64,000 nucleotides of DNA from Desulfovibrionaceae bacterium (GCA_029008115.1 JAQXJC010000049.1:27818-91817), one strand, 5' to 3'. Shown: positions 8,628-20,550, numbered from the stretch's first letter. Notes: generated by a model from the letters alone, not told the origin. Made by a program: numbers and translations.

Positions 8628-11600
8628 TTACGGCTTCCTCCGCCATCTGTCCAGCCACAGATAGACGACGGGCGTCGTATATAATGTGAGGAGCTGGCTC
8701 ACCAGCAGGCCGCCCACAATGGTGATGCCCAGCGGCTGGCGCAGCTCCGCACCGTCGCCCGTGCCCAGCGCCAGCGGTACCGCACCGAGAATGGCCGCGC
8801 AGGTGGTCATCATGATGGGGCGAAAGCGCAGGATGCAGGCCGTGAAGATGGCCTCCTTCGCGGGGAGCTCCCGCGTGCGCGCGGCATCCAGCGCAAAGTC
8901 TATCATCATGATGGCATTCTTTTTCACCAGGCCGCACAGGAGCAGGACGCCGATGAGGGCAATGACGCTGAATTCCTTGCCGCAGAGCAGCAGGGCCAGA
9001 ATGGCCCCCACGCCGGCAGACGGCAGCGTGGAGAGAATGGTCAGCGGATGGATGAGGCTTTCATACAGCACGCCCAGCACAATATAGAGTGTGACCAGGG
9101 CCGCCAGAATAAGCAGCCCCTGCGTCTTCATGGTGTCGGCGAAGAATTTCGCCGTTCCCTGAAAAGAGCCGGTGATGGTGGCCGGCATGCCGATGCGCAC
9201 GCGGGCCCTTTCCACCGCGCCGGCGGCTTCGGACATGGCCGCCCCGGGCCGCAGGTTGAACGAGAGGGTCACGGCGGCAAACTGCCCCTGATGGGCCACA
9301 GAACGCGCCGCAAAATTCGTGCTCACGGTGCCCAGCGCCGTCAGCGGCACAAGCCCGTCCCGCGCCGGCACATGCACGGCCTCCAGCGATGCCGCGCCTT
9401 CCAGCCAGCGGTCTCCCAGTTCCAGCACGACCCTGTACTGGTTCTGCGCGTCATAGATGGTGCTGACCTGTGCCTGCCCGAAGGCATTCCCCAGCGCACT
9501 GTCCACATCCTTCATGCTCACGCCCAGCTGCGCCATGCGTCCCCGGTCAAAGGTAATGCAGGTTTGCAGGGCGCGTTCGTCCATGTCGCTGTTCACATCC
9601 CGGAACAGGGCATCGGCGCTGAGTTCCCGCTCCAGTCTGGCGCCCCAGCGGCGCAAATCGGCAAGGTTGTCCGCCTGAAGGGTGTACTGGAACTGGGAGC
9701 GCGCGGAACGGCCTCCCATGTGCAGGTCCTGTGCCGGCTGGAGGAATATCTGTACGCCGGCCTCGCTGTTCAGCGTGCCGCGTAGCCGGGCAATGACCTG
9801 ATCCGCACTGATCCTGCGCTCCCGCAGGGGCTTCAGTTCCAGAAATATGCCGCCGCCTCCGCGTCCGCCGGAGATATGGCCGGAAACATGGTGTACCGCC
9901 GGGTCTGCCAGCATCTTGCCCATGAGCCGCCGGAATTTTTCCTGAAGGGACTGAAAGGACAGGCTCTGATCCGTGCGGATGCCTCCCATGAGCTGTCCCG
10001 TATCCTGCTGGGGGAAGAAGCCCTTGGGGACGATGACATACAGCCAGACATTCAGGCAGATGACGGCCAGCAGCGCCAGCAGTGTCAGGCGCGGATGATC
10101 CAGAGCCGTGCGCAGGCTGGCTGCATATCCCCCTTCCATGCGGCGGAGCATCCCGTGCCAGCATTCTTCCAGCCGGTTCCAGATGCGGCGGCAGCGCGTA
10201 TCCGGGGCGGGGGAGGCCTCGCGCAGGAAATGCGCGCACATCATGGGCGTGGTAGTGAGGGAAACCACCATGGAAATGAGCACCGCCGCCGCCAGCACCA
10301 CGGCAAATTCCCGGAACAGGCGGCCGACGATGCCGCCCATGAACAGGATGGGAATGAATACCGCCACCAGAGAGAGCGTGATGGAGATGACGGTGAAGCC
10401 CACCTCCCGCGCGCCGAGCATGGCGGCCCGCAGCGGGGAAAAGCCCTGTTCCCTGTACCGCATGATATTTTCCAGCACGACGATGGCATCATCCACCACA
10501 AAGCCGGTGGCTATGGTCAGGGCCATGAGGGAGAGATTGTCCAGACTGTAGCCGCACAGGTACATAACGGCAAAGGAGGCGATGAGGGACACGGGAACGG
10601 CCACGGCAGGAATGGCCGTGGCGCGTCCGTTGCGGAGAAAGAGCAGCGTGACCAGCGTGACCAGGGCGATGGAAAGCAGCAGGCTGAATTCCACCTCCGC
10701 CAGTGATGCGCGGATGGTGCGCGAGCGGTCCATGCTGACATGCAGGGCGGCTGCTTCCGGCAGCATGGCGCGGAGCTGTGGCAGCATGGCGTGGATACCG
10801 TCCACCGTTTCGATGATATTTGCCCCCGGCGCGCGGAATACGATGAGCAGAATGGCCTTCCTGCCGTCCGCCAGGGCCAGGTTTCGTTCATCCTGCGAGG
10901 CGATGCTGATATCCGCCACATCGCCCAGACGCAGTACGGCTCCTTTTGCCCGCGCCACTATCAGCTGGCGGTAGTCTTCCACGGTGCGGAGCTGAGTGCT
11001 GGCGCCAATAAGCCACTGCTGCCCGCCGCTGTCTGCCATGCCCAGAGGACCGTAGGCATTGGCGGCACGCAGGGCGGAGGCCACCTGCGCCAGCGAGACG
11101 CCCGCATGATGCAGCATGCCGGGATTGACGCGCACCCGCACGGCTGGCAGCGCCCCGCCGCCCACGGTGACATCCCCAACGCCGGGCAGCTGGGATATCT
11201 TTTGCGCCAGCACCGTGGAGGCCGAGTCATACAGCTGTGCCGGGTTGAGCACGTCCGAGGTGATGGCCAGAATCATGATGGGCATGCCCGCAGGATTCAT
11301 CTTGCGATAGGTGGGGTTCGAGGGCATGGAAGGCATGGAGGGCAGTGCCGCATTGATGGCGGCCTGCACTTCGCGCGCGGCTCCGTTGATATTCTTGTCC
11401 AGATCGAACTGCACCACGACGGAAGAACTGCCCAGCGAGCTCTGGGAGGTCATTTCCGTAATGCCGGAAATACGCCCCAGAGCGCGTTCCAGCGGCGTGG
11501 CCACGGTGGCGGCCATGGTTTCCGGGCCTGCGCCGGGCATTTTTCCCTGCACGCGGATGACGGGGAAGTCCACCTGCGGCAGGGGAGCCACCGGCAGCAG

Positions 11601-11732
11601 GGCGAAGGCCGCAATGCCGGCCAGCGTCACGGCCAGCGTGATCAGCATGGTGGCCACAGGACGCCTGATGAAGGGCGCGGCAAGGTTCAGGGGCAGATGC
11701 TCCGGCCCGATACGTCGCCGGCCGGTATTCAT
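8628..11732 (-). CDS. mdtC: RND multidrug efflux transporter, MdtC-like
   Basis: 1034 aa. The N-terminus ([15 protein letters not shown]...[14 protein letters not shown]...[13 protein letters not shown]) is close to E. coli MdtC as I recall it. ATGA overlap with mdtB. Confidence 0.85.
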   Translation of the reverse strand: MNTGRRRIGPEHLPLNLAAPFIRRPVATMLITLAVTLAGIAAFALLPVAPLPQVDFPVIRVQGKMPGAGPETMAATVATPLERALGRISGITEMTSQSSLGSSSVVVQFDLDKNINGAAREVQAAINAALPSMPSMPSNPTYRKMNPAGMPIMILAITSDVLNPAQLYDSASTVLAQKISQLPGVGDVTVGGGALPAVRVRVNPGMLHHAGVSLAQVASALRAANAYGPLGMADSGGQQWLIGASTQLRTVEDYRQLIVARAKGAVLRLGDVADISIASQDERNLALADGRKAILLIVFRAPGANIIETVDGIHAMLPQLRAMLPEAAALHVSMDRSRTIRASLAEVEFSLLLSIALVTLVTLLFLRNGRATAIPAVAVPVSLIASFAVMYLCGYSLDNLSLMALTIATGFVVDDAIVVLENIMRYREQGFSPLRAAMLGAREVGFTVISITLSLVAVFIPILFMGGIVGRLFREFAVVLAAAVLISMVVSLTTTPMMCAHFLREASPAPDTRCRRIWNRLEECWHGMLRRMEGGYAASLRTALDHPRLTLLALLAVICLNVWLYVIVPKGFFPQQDTGQLMGGIRTDQSLSFQSLQEKFRRLMGKMLADPAVHHVSGHISGGRGGGGIFLELKPLRERRISADQVIARLRGTLNSEAGVQIFLQPAQDLHMGGRSARSQFQYTLQADNLADLRRWGARLERELSADALFRDVNSDMDERALQTCITFDRGRMAQLGVSMKDVDSALGNAFGQAQVSTIYDAQNQYRVVLELGDRWLEGAASLEAVHVPARDGLVPLTALGTVSTNFAARSVAHQGQFAAVTLSFNLRPGAAMSEAAGAVERARVRIGMPATITGSFQGTAKFFADTMKTQGLLILAALVTLYIVLGVLYESLIHPLTILSTLPSAGVGAILALLLCGKEFSVIALIGVLLLCGLVKKNAIMMIDFALDAARTRELPAKEAIFTACILRFRPIMMTTCAAILGAVPLALGTGDGAELRQPLGITIVGGLLVSQLLTLYTTPVVYLWLDRWRRKP

Positions 11733-14700
11733 GGGCGGGCCTCCGGCGCGTCTGCGCGGCGGAAGCGACGGCTCAGGCGATCAAACCAGAGATAGATGAC
11801 AGGCGTCGTGTACAGGGTAAGCACCTGGCTGAACATCAGCCCGCCCACCATGGCCGCCCCCAGCGGACGGCGCAGCTCCGCCCCCATGCCCCAGCCCAGC
11901 AGCAGGGGCAGCGCGCCCAGCAGGGCGGCCAGCGTCGTCATGAGAATGGGACGCAGACGGAGCAGACAGGCCTGGCGGATGGCTTCGTGCGGGCTCTTGC
12001 CCTCCGTGCGTTCGGCTTCCAGGGCAAAGTCAATCATCATGATGGCATTTTTCTTGACAATGCCGATGAGCAGAATGATGCCGATAATGCCCACCACCCC
12101 CAGCGGCATGTCGCCGGCCATCAGGGCCAGCAGGGCGCCGATTCCGGCGGAAGGTAGGGTGGAGAGGATGGTGACGGGGTGGATATAGCTTTCGTACAGC
12201 ACCCCCAGGACGATGTACATGGTCATCACCGCGGCGACAATAAGCCATGCCTGGCTGGCTGTGGAGTTGCGGAAGGCCCGGGCCGCCCCCTGAAAGCGCA
12301 TGCGCAGACTTTCCGGGGGATTCAGGGCGGCGACGGCCTGTTCCACGGCGTCCACGGCATGTCCCAGCGCATAGCCTGCGGCAGTATTGAAGGAGATGGT
12401 TGCGGCGGGGAACTGCCCCTGCCGGTGAATGGCCAGAGCTGTCGGACGTTCTTCCATGGTCGCCAGCATGGAGAGCGGTACGGGACCGCCGTCAGCCTGC
12501 ACAAAGATATTGTCCAGAGCCCGCCGGGCGTCGCGGAACTGCGGAGCGGCTTCCAGCACGACCTTGTACTGGCTGGTCTGGGTGTAGATGGTGGAGATCA
12601 GCCGCTGCCCCAGCGCATCGTACAGGGCTGCGTTGATGTCGTTTGCGCTCACACCCATGCGGCTGGCCGTGTCGCGGTCAATACGGAGATAGGCCATGCG
12701 CCCCAGATGGCGCAGGTCATGCGTCACGCCATCCAGCTCCGGCCTGGCCTCCAGCGCGCTGACAAGCCGAGGTATCCATGTCTGGAGCTGTGCCTGGCTC
12801 ACGGCTTCCACGGTGTACTGGTATTGCGTGCGGCTGATGCGATCCTCGATAGTCAGGTCCTGCACCGGCTGGAGATACAGGGTTGCGCCGGGCAGGCGGC
12901 GTACAGCCTGAGCCAGACGTGCGGCAATGGCGGGGGCACGGGCGGAGCGTTCGGCCAGAGGCTTCAGGCTGATGGTGAGCCGGGAGGAGCTGAGCGTCGC
13001 ATTGCTGCCGTCCACTCCCACAAAGCAGGAGATGTCCGCTACGTCGGGGTCTTGCAGCAGCAGGGAGGCCACATCCTGCTGAAGGCTGGACATGGCGGCA
13101 AAGGAGGCGTCCTGCGGCCCTTCCAGAATGCCCTGAATGACGCCCGTATCCTGTACGGGGAAAAATCCCTTGGGAACGACCACGGCCAGCGCCGCGGTCA
13201 GGGCCAGTGTGGCGGCGGCCACGCCCAGCATGAATTTCTGCCGCCGCAACGCCCAGTCCAGCGTATGTTCATAGATGTGCAGCAGGCGCTGGAAAAAGCC
13301 GGCCCGCGCCTCCCGCTCTGTGCCGCCGGCGTGGCCGGAACGCAGAATCTGAGCGCAGAGCATGGGGGTCAAGGTCAGGGAAACCACGGCGGAAATAAGG
13401 ATGGTGACGGCCAGCGTCACCGCAAATTCCCGGAACAGCCTGCCGGCCACATCGCCCATGAACAGAAGAGGAATGAGCACAGCCACGAGGGAAAAGGTCA
13501 GGGAAATGATGGTGAAGCCTATCTGTCCGGCTCCCCTGAGCGCGGCATCCAGCGGGCTGGCTCCTTCTTCCAGATAGCGGGAGATGTTTTCGATGACGAC
13601 AATGGCGTCATCCACCACAAAGCCGCTGGCAATGACTAGGGACATGAGCGTGAGATTGTTGAGCGAATAGCCGGCAAGATACATGACGCCCAGCGTGCCC
13701 ACCAGCGAGAGCGGTACGGCCAGGCCGGGAATGAGCGTGGCGCGGGCGTTGCGCAGGAACAGCCAGATCACCCAGATGACCAGCGCGATGGAGAGCAGCA
13801 GCTCCATCTGCACATCCTCCACGGTGGCGCGGATGGTGACGGTGCGATCCGTGACCACGCGCAGGTCCACATTGCCGGGCAGGGAGGCCTTCAGCGTTGG
13901 CAGAAGCGTGCTGACATTCCCTGCCACGCTGATGACGTTGGCGCCTGGCTGGCGCTGCACGGAGAGAATGATGGCCGGGCGCATGCGCCGCCCGCCGTCC
14001 CCAGGGCCGGTACCCTGGCTGACCCACGCGGCGAGACGGGCGTTCTCCGCGCTTTCAATGACGTCAGCCACATCCTTCAGGCGCAGGATGGCGCCGTCCT
14101 TATGCGCCAGCACGGTCTCTCCGTATTCCGCCGCCGAGCGCAGCTGGTCATTGGCATCAATGGTGCTGGAGCGGAGGGGGCCGTCAAAGCTTCCCTTGGC
14201 GCCGTTCACGTTGGCGGCGGCGATGCTCTGGCGCACATCTTCCAGCGTCAGGCCGTTGGCAGCCAGGGCGCGCGGATTGGCCTGCACGCGCACGGCAGGG
14301 CGCTGTCCTCCGCTGATAGTGACCAGCCCCACGCCGGAAAGCTGCGATATTTTCTGGGCCAGTCGCGTATCCGCAAGGTTCTCCAGCTCGGTAAGCGGCA
14401 GGGTGTCGCTGGTGACGGCTATGGTCAGGATGGGCGGGTCAGCCGGATTCACCTTGCTGTAGGCAGGAGGCGAAGGCAGATCGGCGGGGAGCAGGGAGTC
14501 GGCGGCATTGATGGCGGCCTGCACTTCCTGTTCCGCCACGTCCAGCGCCACGGAAAGGGCGAATTGCAGGGTAATGACGGAAGCGCCGCCAGAGCTGACG
14601 GAGGACATCTGCTCCAGACCGGAAATGGAGCCGAGCTTGTTTTCCAGCGGCGCCGTGACAACGTCAGCCATGATTTCCGGGCTGGCGCCGGGATAGAGCG

Positions 14701-14845
14701 TCACGACCTGAATGGTGGGATAGTCTATCTCCGGCAGGGCGGCGATGGGCAGAAAGCGATAGGCCAGCACGCCGGAGAGGAACAGCGCCGCCATGAGCAG
14801 CGATGTGGCCACAGGACGCAGGATGAACAGGCGGGAGATGTTCAT
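11729..14845 (-). CDS. mdtB: RND multidrug efflux transporter, MdtB-like
   Basis: 1038 aa. [15 protein letters not shown]...[23 protein letters not shown] matches the MdtB N-terminus. Confidence 0.85.
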   Translation of the reverse strand: MNISRLFILRPVATSLLMAALFLSGVLAYRFLPIAALPEIDYPTIQVVTLYPGASPEIMADVVTAPLENKLGSISGLEQMSSVSSGGASVITLQFALSVALDVAEQEVQAAINAADSLLPADLPSPPAYSKVNPADPPILTIAVTSDTLPLTELENLADTRLAQKISQLSGVGLVTISGGQRPAVRVQANPRALAANGLTLEDVRQSIAAANVNGAKGSFDGPLRSSTIDANDQLRSAAEYGETVLAHKDGAILRLKDVADVIESAENARLAAWVSQGTGPGDGGRRMRPAIILSVQRQPGANVISVAGNVSTLLPTLKASLPGNVDLRVVTDRTVTIRATVEDVQMELLLSIALVIWVIWLFLRNARATLIPGLAVPLSLVGTLGVMYLAGYSLNNLTLMSLVIASGFVVDDAIVVIENISRYLEEGASPLDAALRGAGQIGFTIISLTFSLVAVLIPLLFMGDVAGRLFREFAVTLAVTILISAVVSLTLTPMLCAQILRSGHAGGTEREARAGFFQRLLHIYEHTLDWALRRQKFMLGVAAATLALTAALAVVVPKGFFPVQDTGVIQGILEGPQDASFAAMSSLQQDVASLLLQDPDVADISCFVGVDGSNATLSSSRLTISLKPLAERSARAPAIAARLAQAVRRLPGATLYLQPVQDLTIEDRISRTQYQYTVEAVSQAQLQTWIPRLVSALEARPELDGVTHDLRHLGRMAYLRIDRDTASRMGVSANDINAALYDALGQRLISTIYTQTSQYKVVLEAAPQFRDARRALDNIFVQADGGPVPLSMLATMEERPTALAIHRQGQFPAATISFNTAAGYALGHAVDAVEQAVAALNPPESLRMRFQGAARAFRNSTASQAWLIVAAVMTMYIVLGVLYESYIHPVTILSTLPSAGIGALLALMAGDMPLGVVGIIGIILLIGIVKKNAIMMIDFALEAERTEGKSPHEAIRQACLLRLRPILMTTLAALLGALPLLLGWGMGAELRRPLGAAMVGGLMFSQVLTLYTTPVIYLWFDRLSRRFRRADAPEARP

Positions 14846-14857
14846 GGCTGTCTCATA

Positions 14858-16063
14858 TCAGCGGGCGGCGGGTGTCGCGTCTTTGTCCGCCGCCGGCATG
14901 GCTGTTCCCGCCCCGGAGCGTACCGCGGGCGGCGTCTCCACTTCCGCCACCACCTCCACGGCCGAACCTTCGCGCAGCCTGTCCACGCCATCCACCACAA
15001 CTCTGTCGCCGGCGGCAAGGCCCGTGGTGACAACAGCCAGGGCATCCGTACTGAAGGGGACTTCCACGGCGGCCATGTGCACCTTGCCTTCCCGGATGAT
15101 GAAGACGTATGTACCGCTCATGCCCAGCTGTATGGCGGCGGCCGGCACGGTCACGGCCTGCCGGAAGGTGCGGGCCAGCAGGCGGGCGTTGACAAACTGG
15201 TTGGGAAAGAGGCGGCGCTCCCTGTTGGCAAATTCGGCCTTAAGCTTCACGGTGCCGGTGGCGGTGTCAATGGAATTGTCCATGCTGACCAGAAAGCCCC
15301 TGTCCAGCATCTGGCTGTCATTGCGATCCCAGACCTGCACCTCCATGCGGCTGTCTTCCTCATGCTGGCGCGCTCCTTCCAGGATGACGGCCAGCTTGCT
15401 TTCCGGCAGGGTAAAGAGGACGTGGCAGGGCTGGATTTCACTGACGCGGACAATGCCGGCGCTGTCGGAGCTGCGCACCATATTGCCTTCCTCCACCTGC
15501 CTGAGGCCCGTTCTGCCGCTGACCGGCGCGGTGATGCGGCTGTAGGCAAGCTGGAGTTCCGCCGCCCGCAGCTTGGCCTTGTCAGACGCTACCGTGCCTT
15601 CGTATTCGCGTACCTTGGCCTGCTGGGCGGTATATTCCTGCCCGGCAATATATTTGTTTCTGGAAAGCGCTGCATAGCGGCCCAGGTCCAGGCGGGCGTT
15701 GTCCAGCAGGGCCTGATCCTTGGCGAGCGTGCCGCGTGCTTCGGCTACCTCGGCCTCAAAGGGCCTTGGGTCGATTTCCGCCAGCAGCTCCCCTGCCTGC
15801 ACATGCTGCCCCTCTGTAAAATGCAGGCGGATGAGCGTACCGTCCACGCGGCTTTGCACAAGGGCATCGGCTGAAGGGCGCACGGTTCCCAGACCGGCCA
15901 GGTATTCGGGCACATCCTGCCGGAGCGCCGTGGCGGCGCGCACAGGCTGGGGAGCTGTCCGCATGGCGCGCGGCGCGCCGTCTTTGCGCAGAAGGACGAG
16001 AGAAGCGGCCAACCCGCACAGAAGCAGTACGGCCAGCAGGCGGAAGAGCGTGGTGCGACGCAT
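14858..16063 (-). CDS. mdtA: RND membrane fusion (periplasmic adaptor) protein, MdtA-like
   Basis: 401 aa. N-terminal membrane anchor, HlyD-type lipoyl/coiled-coil pattern (AEIDPRPFEA...), position upstream of the two RND genes. Confidence 0.8.
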   Translation of the reverse strand: MRRTTLFRLLAVLLLCGLAASLVLLRKDGAPRAMRTAPQPVRAATALRQDVPEYLAGLGTVRPSADALVQSRVDGTLIRLHFTEGQHVQAGELLAEIDPRPFEAEVAEARGTLAKDQALLDNARLDLGRYAALSRNKYIAGQEYTAQQAKVREYEGTVASDKAKLRAAELQLAYSRITAPVSGRTGLRQVEEGNMVRSSDSAGIVRVSEIQPCHVLFTLPESKLAVILEGARQHEEDSRMEVQVWDRNDSQMLDRGFLVSMDNSIDTATGTVKLKAEFANRERRLFPNQFVNARLLARTFRQAVTVPAAAIQLGMSGTYVFIIREGKVHMAAVEVPFSTDALAVVTTGLAAGDRVVVDGVDRLREGSAVEVVAEVETPPAVRSGAGTAMPAADKDATPAAR

Positions 16064-16217
16064 AAAACCTCCGAAAAAAACGGAATACGACAGAAAAGGC
16101 TGAGCGGATGCGGGAGAGCGGCTGCCGTATGCGGAGGCGTGCCGTACGCCGGCGCATCATGGGGCGGCATACGATTCCTCCCGTACAGGCGGGGGAAAAG
16201 GCCGCGTTTGCCGTGCC

Positions 16218-16478
16218 TCAGCTTCCGGTGTCGTCCTTTGGGACGCCGCCGAAATAGAGGCGGCCTGTTTCGGTGATCTGGATGTCGTGGGATACCTGAT
16301 CGGTAAGGCGGCAATACCCCCATGTCAGCCACTCGTCCAGCGCGTCCAGAAGCTGGCCATGAGAAAAGCCCGCCTGTTCTCCCTCTTCAAGAATGCGGGG
16401 AAAACGGCCGGGAGGAAGGGGCTGGGGAGCGTAGCGCAGGGCGCGCCGCAACCAGCTTTCAGCGCGGGAGCTGTTCAT
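16218..16478 (-). CDS. Hypothetical 86-aa protein
   Basis: ATG 16478 with AAGGA upstream. GC3-rich codons. No family recognised. Sits between hisA and mdtA. Confidence 0.4.
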   Translation of the reverse strand: MNSSRAESWLRRALRYAPQPLPPGRFPRILEEGEQAGFSHGQLLDALDEWLTWGYCRLTDQVSHDIQITETGRLYFGGVPKDDTGS

Positions 16479-16552
16479 GGAAGTATCCTTGCAGGACGCT
16501 GTGCGGCGTGCCTGCGGCGGGGGAGGCGGCGGCTCCCCCGCATTATGCGGCA

Positions 16553-17290
16553 TTATGCTTCCTGCGCGTCAATCCAGCGCATGGCCTCGGCAAGGTCCAG
16601 CGTGCCTTCATACAGGGCCCGGCCGCTGATGGCTCCCTGAAGGCGCGTGGTTCTGGTCAGGGGATGGAGGGCGCGCACGTCATCCATGGTTGCCACGCCG
16701 CCGGCGGCAATGACGGGTACTGTGGAAACTTCCGCCAGATGGGCCAGTGCGGGCACGTTGACGCCGGTCTGCATGCCGTCGCGCTCAATATCCGTATAGA
16801 TGACAAAGGCGGCGCCGTCCCGCAGCAGGCGGGGCAGCACGTCGTCCACGGTGAGGCCGGCATCCGCCACCCAGCCCTTGGTCTTCAGCGCGCCGTTCAC
16901 GGCATCCAGCGAAACACCCACGCGGCCCGGCCATGTGGCGCAGAGTTCGGCAAAAAGTTCCGGCTGTTCCAGCGCCACAGTGCCGATGATCAGGCGGTTC
17001 ACGCCGGCATCAAGATAGGCCTTTGCCGTGGCCTTGTCGCGGATGCCGCCGCCAAGCTGCACGGGGATGTCCAGCGCGGCGCAGATGTCCCTGACGATAG
17101 CGCGGCTCCGGGGCGCGCCATCGAACGCGCCGTCCAGATCGATGACGTGGAGCCAGCGCGCGCCCCTCTCCTGCCATGCCCTGGCAGCGGCGACGGGATC
17201 GGGAGAAAATACAGTCGTTTCATGGGCAAGGCCCTGCTTCAGGCGGACAGCCTTGCCGTCCTTGATGTCCACTGCGGGGAAGATAATCAT
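16553..17290 (-). CDS. hisA: ProFAR isomerase HisA
   Basis: Start at ATG 17290 ([17 protein letters not shown]...), giving 245 aa. Typical HisA (beta/alpha)8 motifs. ATGA overlap with the upstream lipoprotein gene. Confidence 0.9.
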   Translation of the reverse strand: MIIFPAVDIKDGKAVRLKQGLAHETTVFSPDPVAAARAWQERGARWLHVIDLDGAFDGAPRSRAIVRDICAALDIPVQLGGGIRDKATAKAYLDAGVNRLIIGTVALEQPELFAELCATWPGRVGVSLDAVNGALKTKGWVADAGLTVDDVLPRLLRDGAAFVIYTDIERDGMQTGVNVPALAHLAEVSTVPVIAAGGVATMDDVRALHPLTRTTRLQGAISGRALYEGTLDLAEAMRWIDAQEA

Positions 17291-17925
17291 AGTCCAAGAT
17301 CCTTTATGGATTTCTGCATGGCTTCTTCGGCCAGTTCCTCCGCCGTGACCCATGCTCCGTGGCGTTTGAAAAATGCTTTTGTGCGGCTGAGATCCTCAAG
17401 CAGTCCCAGCTGCTTTTCCTCGGTGATCGAGCGGTTGACTATGGCGCCGGTCCGCACATCAAGCAGAAAGAATTCCAGCCGCACGGCTGCGGATTCAGTG
17501 ACGCCGGCGGGAGAGCCCTCGCGCTGGTGCCAGTCCAGCACCTGGGGAACGATGAGCATGTCCACGCGGTGCGCCCTGCCGTAGCTGACCCATGCCGTGA
17601 GGGCGCGGGGCGATCCGGATTCGTGGAATCTGTTGAAGACGGGCGCGTCTGCGGCGGGCAGGGGCGCGATTCTGTGCGCGCTGCTTTTCTTCAGCATGGC
17701 GGCATAGGCGGCATCCAGACGGCGCAGCGTATCGGCGGGGATAGCTCCCTGAAGTTCGGGCAGCCTGCCGAGCAGCAGCGCTTCCGTGCCTGTGGGCTGC
17801 GTGAAGGGAGCAAGTCCCAGGCTGGCTTCCCGGGCGACGGGGTGCGGCGCCGGAGCCGGGCGGGCGCAGGCGCCCAGCAGGATACAGAAGGACAGCGCCA
17901 GCATGAGGATATGGCGTACCGGCAT
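17287..17925 (-). CDS. Lipoprotein of unknown function
   Basis: 212 aa. Signal peptide plus lipobox ([10 protein letters not shown]). The C-terminal half loosely resembles LpoB/DUF799-type lipoproteins (unverified). Start overlaps the hisB stop by 1 nt and the stop overlaps the hisA ATG. Confidence 0.65.
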   Translation of the reverse strand: MPVRHILMLALSFCILLGACARPAPAPHPVAREASLGLAPFTQPTGTEALLLGRLPELQGAIPADTLRRLDAAYAAMLKKSSAHRIAPLPAADAPVFNRFHESGSPRALTAWVSYGRAHRVDMLIVPQVLDWHQREGSPAGVTESAAVRLEFFLLDVRTGAIVNRSITEEKQLGLLEDLSRTKAFFKRHGAWVTAEELAEEAMQKSIKDLGL

Positions 17926-18512
17926 CAGTCAAGACCTCCCTTGGTGCTGCGGATGGCGGTGCCGCAGCGACGCACAGCCTGCGCCAGCGCAATACCGAAG
18001 CCCTTGGCCGCCGATTCCAGCAGGTGATGTCCGTTCCTGCCGTAGTGGAAGGACACGTGCAGATTCATGCGCGCCGCCGTGGCAAAAGCCTTGTAAAATT
18101 CCCGCCACAGGTCCTTTTCCTCGCCGGCGATGACCGGAGGCAGCAGATCATTGTCCCGCCATTCCAGCCACGGACGGCCGGAGATGTCCAGTGTGACCTC
18201 GGCCAGAGCCTCATCCATGGGGACGCGGCCGTGGCCCACGCGGGCGATGCCGGCACGGTCGCCCAGAGCCTGGGCCAGCGCGTTGCCAAGACAGAGCCCC
18301 ACGTCCTCGGCAGTGTGGTGCGCATCCACATGCAGGTCGCCGGAACAGCGCAGTTCCAGACGCATGCCGGCCCAGAAGAAGGCCAGCGTAAGCATGTGAT
18401 CCAGCATGCCGAAGCCTGTGGAGACGGCCGGTTCGCCGCCTTCATCCAGATGCAGGGTCAGGCTGATGTCCGTTTCCTTGCTGGTACGGGTGATGGTCGC
18501 GCTTCTGTTCAT
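17925..18512 (-). CDS. hisB: Imidazoleglycerol-phosphate dehydratase HisB
   Basis: 195 aa. Motifs DHHTAED-like ([10 protein letters not shown]) and RNGHH...ES. ATGA overlap with tatC. Confidence 0.9.
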   Translation of the reverse strand: MNRSATITRTSKETDISLTLHLDEGGEPAVSTGFGMLDHMLTLAFFWAGMRLELRCSGDLHVDAHHTAEDVGLCLGNALAQALGDRAGIARVGHGRVPMDEALAEVTLDISGRPWLEWRDNDLLPPVIAGEEKDLWREFYKAFATAARMNLHVSFHYGRNGHHLLESAAKGFGIALAQAVRRCGTAIRSTKGGLD

Positions 18513-19939
18513 GAGTCATTCTCCTGCTGGTTCCGCTGTTCCTGAGTGCTGTCTGCGGCGGCTTCGGCTTTGGGCCTGCGGCCGAAGGTGGCGGCAATGA
18601 GAATGCTGATTTCATACAGCAGCAGCATGGGGCCTGCCATGAGCAGCTGGGACATGACATCCGGCGGCGTGAGAATGGCCGCCACGATGAATATGCCCAG
18701 AATGGCATACCGCCGTACCGAACGCATCATGGCCGCTGTCACCACTCCCATGCGTGAAAGGAAGAAGGTGAAGAGCGGCATTTCGAATATCAGGCCGAAG
18801 GCCAGCAGCAGCTTGAGAGAAAAGCTGAGATATTCCCCCAGCGAAGGCATGGGCTGGATAATGTCCGTGGCGAAGCCCATGAAGAAGGTGAAGGCAAAGG
18901 GAAAGACCACGAAGTAGCAGAATGCCGCGCCGGCAATGAAGAAGACGGCGGAGGTGATGGCGATGGGGACGGCGTGGCGCTTCTCCTCATCATACAGCCC
19001 CGGCGCGATGAAGGCCCAAATCTGATAGAAAATGTAGGGGCTGGTCAGGAACAGGCCAGCCACGAAGGCCACGCGCATGTACGTGAAAAAGGCTTCGGGC
19101 AGGGCCGTGAAGATGAGCTTGGAGCCTTCCGGCAGGGCCGCGGTCAGGGGCTTCATCAGCTCGGCGAAGATCAGATCGGAGACGCCGTAGCAGACAGCAA
19201 AGCCCAGCAGGGCCGCAATGACGCATCGCGTGAGCCGGCTGCGCAGTTCATTCAGATGCCCCATGAGCGTCATGGGCTTTTCAGCCGCCTGTGCTTCCGC
19301 CTCCGCCCTGATCTGCTGTGCGCGCAGGGCGGCCAGGTCCGGGGTCATGGGCTGGACGGACTCCTGCGCGGCAGGTGCGCCGGCCGCACCAGTCTGCGGG
19401 CTGTCCTGCGCTTCCGACCGGGCGGAGCCTGCTTCGGCGGCATCCGTGTCCGTGTTCCGGGCTGCTTCCGCCGTGGCGGCATCCGTGGAGGCACCGGTGT
19501 CGTCGCTCCCTGCCGGCGTGTCCGCAGGGGCATCCGGAACGGGGGTGGCGGAGGTATTATCGTCGCGGGGCTGTTCGCCCCGTTCCTGCGACGATGGCAG
19601 ATCAAAGCTGCCGGGCTCGCCTGCATCCGCAGCCTGCCGCTCGTTTCCGTCGCCGGATGATGCGGCGGGTTCCGCATCGGCGGATGCGCCTGCGGGCTCC
19701 TGCGACATGGCGGCTGCGGGCGGCGGAGCGCTGAAATCGGGAAATGCCCTGGTGCTGATGCTGAGCCGGCCCTGACTGTCTGCCCAGACGCGGATGCCGT
19801 CCGCGCCGAGATCGGCAAGAGCGAGACGCACCTGATCCGTGCTGGCGCCCGCCAGCGAGGCCAGTTCCTGAAGGGTAAGGGGCTGTGCCTTTTTCAGGGC
19901 GGCATAGACCTGCCCCGCCAGATCGGAAGCCTGACTCAT
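18509..19939 (-). CDS. tatC: Twin-arginine translocase TatC with a 222-aa N-terminal extension
   Basis: 476 aa. The TatC core starts at M223 ([14 protein letters not shown]..., 6 TM). The upstream 222 codons are in frame and GC3-rich, and the ATG overlaps the tatB stop (ATGA). Confidence 0.8.
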   Translation of the reverse strand: MSQASDLAGQVYAALKKAQPLTLQELASLAGASTDQVRLALADLGADGIRVWADSQGRLSISTRAFPDFSAPPPAAAMSQEPAGASADAEPAASSGDGNERQAADAGEPGSFDLPSSQERGEQPRDDNTSATPVPDAPADTPAGSDDTGASTDAATAEAARNTDTDAAEAGSARSEAQDSPQTGAAGAPAAQESVQPMTPDLAALRAQQIRAEAEAQAAEKPMTLMGHLNELRSRLTRCVIAALLGFAVCYGVSDLIFAELMKPLTAALPEGSKLIFTALPEAFFTYMRVAFVAGLFLTSPYIFYQIWAFIAPGLYDEEKRHAVPIAITSAVFFIAGAAFCYFVVFPFAFTFFMGFATDIIQPMPSLGEYLSFSLKLLLAFGLIFEMPLFTFFLSRMGVVTAAMMRSVRRYAILGIFIVAAILTPPDVMSQLLMAGPMLLLYEISILIAATFGRRPKAEAAADSTQEQRNQQENDS

Positions 19940-20292
19940 GCCTGCGACCCCTGCTGGCCCGCAGCGGCGCCGGGAGCGGCCTCGCGGGCGGCCTGCGAGA
20001 CAGCCTGCTCAACGGGACTCCCCGCCGGCCGGGAAGCGGACTGCGCGGCGGCCGCCTGCGGTGCGGCCGGTTTGGATGCCTGTGCGGCTGCCTGCTCCCT
20101 GCGCGCCTGTTCGGCGGCTTCTTCCTGTGCGGCTTCCGCATTCAGCGTGCGCTGGAAATCCGTGGAGACGCGGCGGAATTCGCCAACGGCCTTGCCCAGG
20201 GTTTTTGAGAGACTGGCGAGCGTTTTCGGCCCCAGCACAATGAGGGCCACTACCAAAATCACCAGAAGTTCCGTGCTGCCGATTCCGAACAT
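19936..20292 (-). CDS. tatB: TatA/TatB-family translocase subunit (TatB-like)
   Basis: Start at ATG 20292 (MFGIGSTELLVILVVALIVLGPK...), giving 118 aa. Single TM plus amphipathic helix, Glu8 and LGP as in TatB, Ala/Gln-rich tail. Confidence 0.75.
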   Translation of the reverse strand: MFGIGSTELLVILVVALIVLGPKTLASLSKTLGKAVGEFRRVSTDFQRTLNAEAAQEEAAEQARREQAAAQASKPAAPQAAAAQSASRPAGSPVEQAVSQAAREAAPGAAAGQQGSQA

Positions 20293-20550
20293 GCGTGACT
20301 CCTTTTGTGTCTGGCGCGGCATCCTGCGCGCGGCAGGCCCGGCAGGGAGGCCGCACAGACAGGGCAGGCGCGCTTGCGGCGTTCCTGTGAAGAAAATATG
20401 GGCGCGGCGGAAGGCTGAATGCCGCAACGGATGCTGTTGCGGCGTTCCGGGACTGCGGCATGTTTCGTCCGCCATCCCTGCCGCCCCGTCGCGCCTGTCA
20501 GGGCGCGGGATGCGCGGAAGCCCGAAAGCCCCCGCGCGCCCCGCAGCCGG

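Noticed and set aside
8079-8684. 201-aa + strand ORF overlapping the half-size DMT gene.
   Set aside because: It is antisense to a hydrophobic membrane-protein gene with a good RBS. Its translation is charged and low-complexity, with no start context.
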